Of a DNA stretch of 64,000 bases, positions 58,043 through 64,000 are shown one piece after another. The stretch's first letter is position 1, and each line of letters starts with the position of its first letter. Position numbers and translations under genes: made by a program. Location: positions 1,184,001 to 1,248,000 of the forward strand of contig OZ220741.1 in assembly GCA_965116885.1 (NCBI GenBank). Reading direction: 5' to 3'. The notes under the pieces are model-generated. The model was not told the DNA's origin, searched no databases, and was given only the letters and a program-made list of their open reading frames with translations. Origin of the DNA: Candidatus Latescibacterota bacterium (GTDB lineage Bacteria > Latescibacterota > UBA2968).

Positions 58043-58300
58043 ATGCCCAAAATCTCGATCAAATTGCCGCCTTTAGACGCCGAAGACACCGTAGAAGTAA
58101 CCGTAGTGGTAAACGGCAAAAGCAGAAAATACGATTACCGCATGGAACTATTCGCCTGGGAGGAACACGCCGAACCCCACGAACAGAGAGTCATGTGTTT
58201 GAAACGGATTGTGGAAAACTACGACCAGGACTGGTCGCTCGTAGAAATTGGCGAACCATCCGAACACGAGGTATCTATCCTATTCGAACGCCGCGCATGA
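58043..58300 (+). CDS. Small hypothetical protein (85 aa) directly upstream of ATPase 2
   Basis: GGAG RBS, protein-like composition, stop adjacent to the RBS of the next gene. Confidence 0.65.
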   Translation: MPKISIKLPPLDAEDTVEVTVVVNGKSRKYDYRMELFAWEEHAEPHEQRVMCLKRIVENYDQDWSLVEIGEPSEHEVSILFERRA

Positions 58301-58310
58301 GGAGATAGAC

Positions 58311-58985
58311 ATGATCGAACTAAAAAACATCGAAAAATACTACGAAAACGGCATCGTAAAAACATTCGTACTCCGGCGCATTGACCTGCAAATCCGCGAA
58401 GGAGAATTTGTATCCATCATGGGACCCTCTGGTGCCGGCAAATCAACGCTCTTGCACATCCTGGGCATGCTGGACACCGCCTCGAATGGAGCGTATCATT
58501 TTTACAACCGCGCAGTTCACAAACTGGACGAACGCGCATTGACCGAACTGCACCGCGACCACATCGGCTTTGTATTCCAAAGCTACCATCTAATCGACGA
58601 ACTAACAGTGGGCGAAAATTTGGAAACCCCCCTCCTGTATCAAAAAGTAAAAGGCGCCGAACGCAAAGGCCGCATCGCCGAAATGCTCGACCGCTTCAAC
58701 ATCGTGGCAAAAAAGCGACTATTCCCCAACCAGTTATCCGGCGGACAACAACAACTGGTAGGCATAGCCCGGGCATTGATCACGCAACCAAAACTGATCC
58801 TGGCCGACGAACCAACCGGCAACTTAAACTCGGCAGAAGGCGAGCGGATCATGACCCTGTTCAAACACCTGAATGCCGAAGGCGTAACCATTGTCCAATG
58901 CACACACTCGGAGAAAAACGCCGCTTACGGAGACCGCATCGTACATCTATCGGACGGATGGTTAGACCGGGATGAGCAGTTGTAA
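58311..58985 (+). CDS. MacB/LolD-type ABC ATP-binding protein 2
   Basis: [30 protein letters not shown]. Start at 58311 after GAGGAG. Confidence 0.95.
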   Translation: MIELKNIEKYYENGIVKTFVLRRIDLQIREGEFVSIMGPSGAGKSTLLHILGMLDTASNGAYHFYNRAVHKLDERALTELHRDHIGFVFQSYHLIDELTVGENLETPLLYQKVKGAERKGRIAEMLDRFNIVAKKRLFPNQLSGGQQQLVGIARALITQPKLILADEPTGNLNSAEGERIMTLFKHLNAEGVTIVQCTHSEKNAAYGDRIVHLSDGWLDRDEQL

Positions 58986-59038
58986 TCCCTCCCATTAAAT
59001 TTATCACTCGAACATTTTTAGAGAAAGATGGTGCCAAA

Positions 59039-59653
59039 ATGAAGGAACACGTCGATCCAACACTCGCGAACGAATTGGCCGAAGGCACGTCAGACAAAAA
59101 AATAGATGCCCTGTTCGCCTACATGGAAGCGAGGGGCCAGTCCCACTACGACGAAGTCGTAACGCAACTCGAACACGCGCTCCAGTGCGCCAATCTGGCT
59201 CAGCTCGCCAATGGAGACGCGATTCAGATAACTGCCGCACTATTGCACGATATCGGCCATTTTCTGATGGACGAACACGCAGAAAACGCAGATTTCCACA
59301 CCCAGGACTTTCTCCACGAAGAAGTGGGCGCCGCGTACATAGCACCCTTTTTTATCGAGGCGGTGACCGAACCGGTGAAACTTCACGTTCCGGCCAAGCG
59401 ATACATCTGCACCACGGATTCGACCTACTACAACACCCTTTCCGAAGCCTCTAAGCATAGTTTCCAACTGCAAGGAGGCCTCATGTCAGATCGGGAAAGG
59501 ACCGAGTTCGAAAGCAATCCTTACTACCAGAATGCCGTACACCTCAGGAAATGGGATGATCTGGCCAAGGTGAAGAACCTGAAAACCCCAGAGCTCGAAA
59601 CGTACAGGGACGCAGTGGCGCATTGTCTGAAGCCGACCAATGCACGCACTTAG
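59039..59653 (+). CDS. HD-domain protein, PhnZ/TmpB-like di-iron oxygenase family
   Basis: E.VTQLEHALQCA, AALLHDIGH, HEEVGA, LHVPAKRY, LQGG.M, LRKWDD.AK. Confidence 0.85.
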   Translation: MKEHVDPTLANELAEGTSDKKIDALFAYMEARGQSHYDEVVTQLEHALQCANLAQLANGDAIQITAALLHDIGHFLMDEHAENADFHTQDFLHEEVGAAYIAPFFIEAVTEPVKLHVPAKRYICTTDSTYYNTLSEASKHSFQLQGGLMSDRERTEFESNPYYQNAVHLRKWDDLAKVKNLKTPELETYRDAVAHCLKPTNART

Positions 59654-59720
59654 AGAAAAACGCCGCTTACGGAGACCGCATCGTACATCTATCGGACGGA
59701 TGGTTAATGAACAGCTATAA
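59637..59720 (+). repeat. Direct-repeat copy of the ATPase 2 3' end (58895-58985)
   Basis: 54 identical bp (58911-58964 = 59653-59706) with degenerate extensions on both sides. Confidence 0.9.
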
Positions 59721-59785
59721 CCCCGTTTTTACAGTACGCGACAAAACAACAAAATCAATACTTACACCCTGAACAGGAGAATCCC

Positions 59786-62167
59786 GTGTTTAAGAATTAT
59801 ATCACAATCGCGATCCGCAATTTTTTGGGGCAAAAAACCCATTCCATCATCAATATCGCGGGTCTTTCCGTGGGCCTGACCTGTAGTTTTTTAATTTTTA
59901 TGTGGATTGCCCACGAACTCAGCTACGATCAATTCCACGTGGAAGGCGACCGAATCTACCGCCTCATGCGGCATCATCACGGCATGAATAAGATCTCTAC
60001 GCTGTCTTCTATCCCGCAGCCGAGTGCCAAATTGCTGGAAGAGCAATATCCCGAAGTGACCGAGACCGTGCTTGTGACCTGGACTCAGCCCATGCTTTTG
60101 ACGCATGGAGAGCAGACTTTTCGGGACCGCGGATATCACGCGGGACCGGCCTTTTTTAAAATTTTTACCTTTCCCCTCATCCTGGGCGATCCCGAAACAG
60201 TACTTTCGGAACCGGATAATATCGCCATCTCTGAACGACTGGCCGAGAAGTATTTCGGAGAGGATTGGCGAAGTACCGCGATGGGGCAGATTTTTGTGGT
60301 GAATAACACGCACGCGCTGGTGCAATACGATAACAAAAGTTTTAAGGTGACCGGGGTTTTTGAAAACATGCCCGTAAATTCGACGCAGAGATATGACTGT
60401 ATTTTGCCGATGGCATCTTATCTGGCTAATAAACGCGGTTTTTATCAGTGGACGGTAAATCACCTTCGGCTATACGTTCAGTTGCAAAAGGATGTCAATA
60501 TCGATCAATTCAATGCCAAGATTAAAAATATTATTAAGGAGAATGATAACACGGTTACAAGCGATGCTTTTTTACAACCCTATCAGGATATGCATCTGTA
60601 TTCCGACTACAGGAATGGCAAGCTGGTTGGTGGTCGGATTGACTATGTGCGGATGTTTATTATCGTGGCCGTGTTCATCATCCTGATCGCGAGTATCAAC
60701 TTTATGAATCTATCGACTGCGCGTTCTACGCAACGCGCCCGGGAAATTGGGATTCGCAAGGCTGTTGGAGCGCATAAAACCATTCTGATTGGGCAGTTTA
60801 TGGGAGAATCTCTCCTGATGACCATGTTCGCTGCAATTCTGGCGTTGGTCATGGTCATTTTGATTTTGCCGGCGTTTAGCGATTTGGTTAATCAGACGCT
60901 CACGACCGATCTTTTCAGTATCGAGATTCTTCTCATCTTTTTTGGCATTGCGATTGTAACAGGGTTGCTCGCGGGAAGCTATCCCGCTTTTTATCTTTCC
61001 AATTTTAATCCAGTCATTGTTTTGCGCGGTACTTTTACACCGGGGTCGGGTTCGAGTCAGTTGCGCCGGGTGCTGGTGGTGTTCCAATTCGGTCTTTCTA
61101 TTTTGCTCATTATCGGCACGCTGACGGTTTATGAGCAGATTGCGTATATGCGAAATAAAGATCTGGGCATTGACCGCGATAATCTGGTGTATATGCGGTT
61201 GGAGGGGTCAGCGAAGAGACAGTATGAGGCTTTCCGACGCGAACTTTTGCAACAGCCGGGCATTGTCGGCGTGACCAGTACCGCACACAACCCACTCAGG
61301 GTAACGAGTACAGGAACAAATGCCATGTGGGCGGGTAGAGATCCCAATTCAGAACATATTTTTCACAGGTTTCAGGCCAATTACGATGTGGTCAATACCC
61401 TGCAAATGGAGCTTGTTCACGGGCGCGAATTTTCCAGAGATTTTCCCGGCGATCTCAGAAGTTTTATCGTGAATGAAGAAATGGCCCGGGCTATGGGCAT
61501 GGAAAACCCGGTTGGCACCCGTCTGCGATTTGGTCGCGAAGGTCCAATTATTGGTGTGGTTAAAAATTTTCATTTTCAATCATTGTACACCGCCATCGAA
61601 CCGCTGATTATTCTTCTGAGTCCCACCCGGACGGAGTATTTGTTTGTTCGTATTGCCGCGGGACAAACGGCTGAGGCCATTGCAGGTATTGAGCGGGCAT
61701 TTAAGAAATTCAATGCGGACAGTGCTTTTGAATTTTCTTTTCAGGACGAACAGTTTGAAAGCATGTATCGCACCGAAAGCACGATGGGTACTCTGGCCAC
61801 TTTTTTCGCCATTTTCGCCATTTTTATTTCTTGCCTGGGTCTGTTTGGCCTGGCGTCCTATACCGCCGAGCAACGCACCAAGGAAATCGGCATTAGAAAA
61901 GTTCTCGGTGCGTCTATTCCCCATCTCGTCATTCTGCTTTCCAAAGAGTTCATCAGGCTGGTTGTCATCTCCTTTGCGCTGGCCGCTCCGCTGGCCTATC
62001 ACTTTATGACCGAGTGGTTAAATGATTTTGCGTACCACACATCTCTGGGCTGGCGCGTCTTTGTTTTCGCTGGCATCCTGTCTCTGATTATAGCCTGCCT
62101 TACCGTGAGCTTTCAAGCGATCAAAGTCGCCATGGCCAATCCCGTTGAGTCGCTGCGGTATGAATGA
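59786..62167 (+). CDS. MacB/FtsX-type ABC permease #12
   Basis: GTG start after AGGAG; double FtsX architecture; ends NPVESLRYE. Confidence 0.95.
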   Translation: MFKNYITIAIRNFLGQKTHSIINIAGLSVGLTCSFLIFMWIAHELSYDQFHVEGDRIYRLMRHHHGMNKISTLSSIPQPSAKLLEEQYPEVTETVLVTWTQPMLLTHGEQTFRDRGYHAGPAFFKIFTFPLILGDPETVLSEPDNIAISERLAEKYFGEDWRSTAMGQIFVVNNTHALVQYDNKSFKVTGVFENMPVNSTQRYDCILPMASYLANKRGFYQWTVNHLRLYVQLQKDVNIDQFNAKIKNIIKENDNTVTSDAFLQPYQDMHLYSDYRNGKLVGGRIDYVRMFIIVAVFIILIASINFMNLSTARSTQRAREIGIRKAVGAHKTILIGQFMGESLLMTMFAAILALVMVILILPAFSDLVNQTLTTDLFSIEILLIFFGIAIVTGLLAGSYPAFYLSNFNPVIVLRGTFTPGSGSSQLRRVLVVFQFGLSILLIIGTLTVYEQIAYMRNKDLGIDRDNLVYMRLEGSAKRQYEAFRRELLQQPGIVGVTSTAHNPLRVTSTGTNAMWAGRDPNSEHIFHRFQANYDVVNTLQMELVHGREFSRDFPGDLRSFIVNEEMARAMGMENPVGTRLRFGREGPIIGVVKNFHFQSLYTAIEPLIILLSPTRTEYLFVRIAAGQTAEAIAGIERAFKKFNADSAFEFSFQDEQFESMYRTESTMGTLATFFAIFAIFISCLGLFGLASYTAEQRTKEIGIRKVLGASIPHLVILLSKEFIRLVVISFALAAPLAYHFMTEWLNDFAYHTSLGWRVFVFAGILSLIIACLTVSFQAIKVAMANPVESLRYE

Positions 62168-62189
62168 AACTTAATTTCTGACGTTAAAC

Positions 62190-64000
62190 ATGTTCCAAAA
62201 CTATCTGAAAATCGCCCTGCGAAATTTGATGCGCCACAAGGGATACTCGCTGATCAATGTACTGGGACTATCGGTGGGCGTGGCTTGTTGTGTCCTCATC
62301 GGATTATTCATTCACGATGAATTTCGCGTCAATCGGTTTCACACAAAGAGCGATCGGATCTACAAATTGCTCCGCGAGATGCGCAACGATGACGGCACCC
62401 GTGACATGGGTTTTGGCACATCGGGCGCAGCGGGACCCGCGCTAAAAAAAGACTATTCAGAAATCGAAACAGTCGTGCGATACCTGTCGTGGGGCTATAT
62501 CTGGACCACGTATAAAGACCGCAAATTTAATCAGCGGTTCTGTTTGACAGATCCCGATTTTCTGGATGTCTTCGATTTTGAACTGGTGAGGGGAGATCGC
62601 GCAACAGTACTCAAAGAACCGCTTTCCATCCTGGTGACAGAGGCAACCGCGCGGCGATTTTTTGGGGATGACGACCCAATAGGAAAAGTGCTTACCGTCG
62701 ATGATCGGTATATGGGCGGGGTATATACGATTACCGGGGTACTAAAAAACGTGCCTCGGCAATCAACCATGCAATTTGATATCGTATGTGCAACCGTAAA
62801 CACCTATTGGACGCGGAACGTATTTGAAAACTGGGCGGTAGATTCAACCTGGCGACCGGCACACAATTACATCTTATTGCGAGAAGGCGCAGATGCGAAA
62901 GCACTCGAAGCAAAATTGCCCGAATTCATGGCGCGATACATGGGCGATGAAATCGTCAAAAAGAGCACCTATTTTTTGCAACCCTTAGAGCGAATCTATC
63001 TGTATTCCAAAGTGGATTATGGCATCTCATTTCACAGCGATATTACGTATGTGTACCTGTTTGCAATCATCGGACTTTTCATTTTACTGATTGCGTGCAT
63101 CAACTTTATGAACCTGTCAACAGCGCGCTCTGCGCGACGGGCACGCGAAGTCGGATTGCGAAAAGTAGTGGGAGCCTATCGCGCCCAATTGATTCGACAG
63201 TTCCTGGGAGAGACATTTTTAACCGCACTGCTGGCCGGGCTATTGTCGCTAATTATTGTGAAAATTTCACTACCCCTCCTGAATAACTTTGCCCAAAAAA
63301 CAATAGCACTTGAAGGACAGACCCTGTGGTACGCGATTGCTGGCCTATTTGTTTTAACCGTACTGGTAAGCCTCCTCTCCGGAGGATATCCCGCGCTATT
63401 TCTATCCAGTTTTCGGCCCGTAACAGTACTGAAAGGCACGCTTATTTCGGGTACCAAAAGCGGTCGATTGCGACAGATCCTCGTGATATTTCAATTTGCG
63501 ATCTCGACATTTTTAATCGTGGGCACATACACGGTATATCAGCAATTGAATTATGTACAGAACAAAAACTTGGGATTCGATAAAGATCTCATAGTTCTAA
63601 CCTATCTATTTTCTACAGACCGACGATTGACGGATGATTATTTGAATATCAAAAATGAATATCTGAAGCACCCAAACATCTTGAAAGCATCGGCATCGCA
63701 TTCTTCGATGGGATATGGGGGACAACTGGACAGGGTATTTCCCGAGGGAAGAGGAGGGGAAGACTGGCGGATGCGCGTCCTGGGCGTGGATGAAGCCTTT
63801 TTAGACACCTATAATCTGGAACTCACAGCGGGTCGCAATTTTTCGCTATCAGTAACAACCGATACATCTCAGGCATTTATCCTGAACGAAACTGCCGTGA
63901 AGCGATTGGGATGGACCGAGCCGCTTGGAAAGGAATTTGGATGGGCTGCGCACAATCGAGAGAAAGGCGTTGTGATCGGCGTAGTAAAAGATTTTCACAA
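62190..64000 (+). CDS. MacB/FtsX-type ABC permease #13 (partial, runs off the window)
   Basis: MFQNYLKIALRNLMRHKGYSLINVLGL...ACINFMNLSTARSARRAREVGLRKVVGA; missing from the ORF track because it has no stop in the window. Confidence 0.92.
   Translation, partial: MFQNYLKIALRNLMRHKGYSLINVLGLSVGVACCVLIGLFIHDEFRVNRFHTKSDRIYKLLREMRNDDGTRDMGFGTSGAAGPALKKDYSEIETVVRYLSWGYIWTTYKDRKFNQRFCLTDPDFLDVFDFELVRGDRATVLKEPLSILVTEATARRFFGDDDPIGKVLTVDDRYMGGVYTITGVLKNVPRQSTMQFDIVCATVNTYWTRNVFENWAVDSTWRPAHNYILLREGADAKALEAKLPEFMARYMGDEIVKKSTYFLQPLERIYLYSKVDYGISFHSDITYVYLFAIIGLFILLIACINFMNLSTARSARRAREVGLRKVVGAYRAQLIRQFLGETFLTALLAGLLSLIIVKISLPLLNNFAQKTIALEGQTLWYAIAGLFVLTVLVSLLSGGYPALFLSSFRPVTVLKGTLISGTKSGRLRQILVIFQFAISTFLIVGTYTVYQQLNYVQNKNLGFDKDLIVLTYLFSTDRRLTDDYLNIKNEYLKHPNILKASASHSSMGYGGQLDRVFPEGRGGEDWRMRVLGVDEAFLDTYNLELTAGRNFSLSVTTDTSQAFILNETAVKRLGWTEPLGKEFGWAAHNREKGVVIGVVKDFH

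Noticed and set aside
13185..64000. Integron or shufflon
   Set aside because: No tyrosine or serine recombinase, no attC-like palindromes between genes, and all permeases point the same way.

Overview
Bacterial accessory region of about 50% GC. No rRNA, tRNA, CRISPR array, integrase or transposase was recognised. Bases 1-11.4 kb hold an ECF sigma factor behind an attenuator-like leader, a cupin, an AirS/YhcY-like GAF kinase and NarL-type regulator next to a Rieske-domain protein, a FucU/PhyH/enolase-superfamily/beta-propeller catabolic cluster, and an MFS transporter. Bases 11.5-64 kb form one large co-oriented array of stand-alone MacB/FtsX-type double-domain ABC permeases: 12 complete, 1 running off the window, 1 in-frame internally deleted and 1 3' relic. 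The window supplies only one HlyD-type adaptor and two MacB/LolD-type ATPases for them. The strongest signal is non-coding: a promoter cassette that occurs four times. Each copy has an identical 44-bp double-palindrome, an IHF-like site at +72 and a sigma-54 -24/-12 element at exactly +106, and two copies carry a terminator just upstream. The permease paralogues have homogenised ends and membrane segments but variable periplasmic loops, and include a chimera and a microhomology deletion. Cargo (TA modules, phosphohydrolases, a PhnZ-like gene, an ABC exporter pair) lies between duplicated gene 3' ends. The gene content resembles FCB-group/Latescibacterota-like marine or sponge-associated genomes, but this is inference only. 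Coordinates and identities were read by eye and no searches were run.
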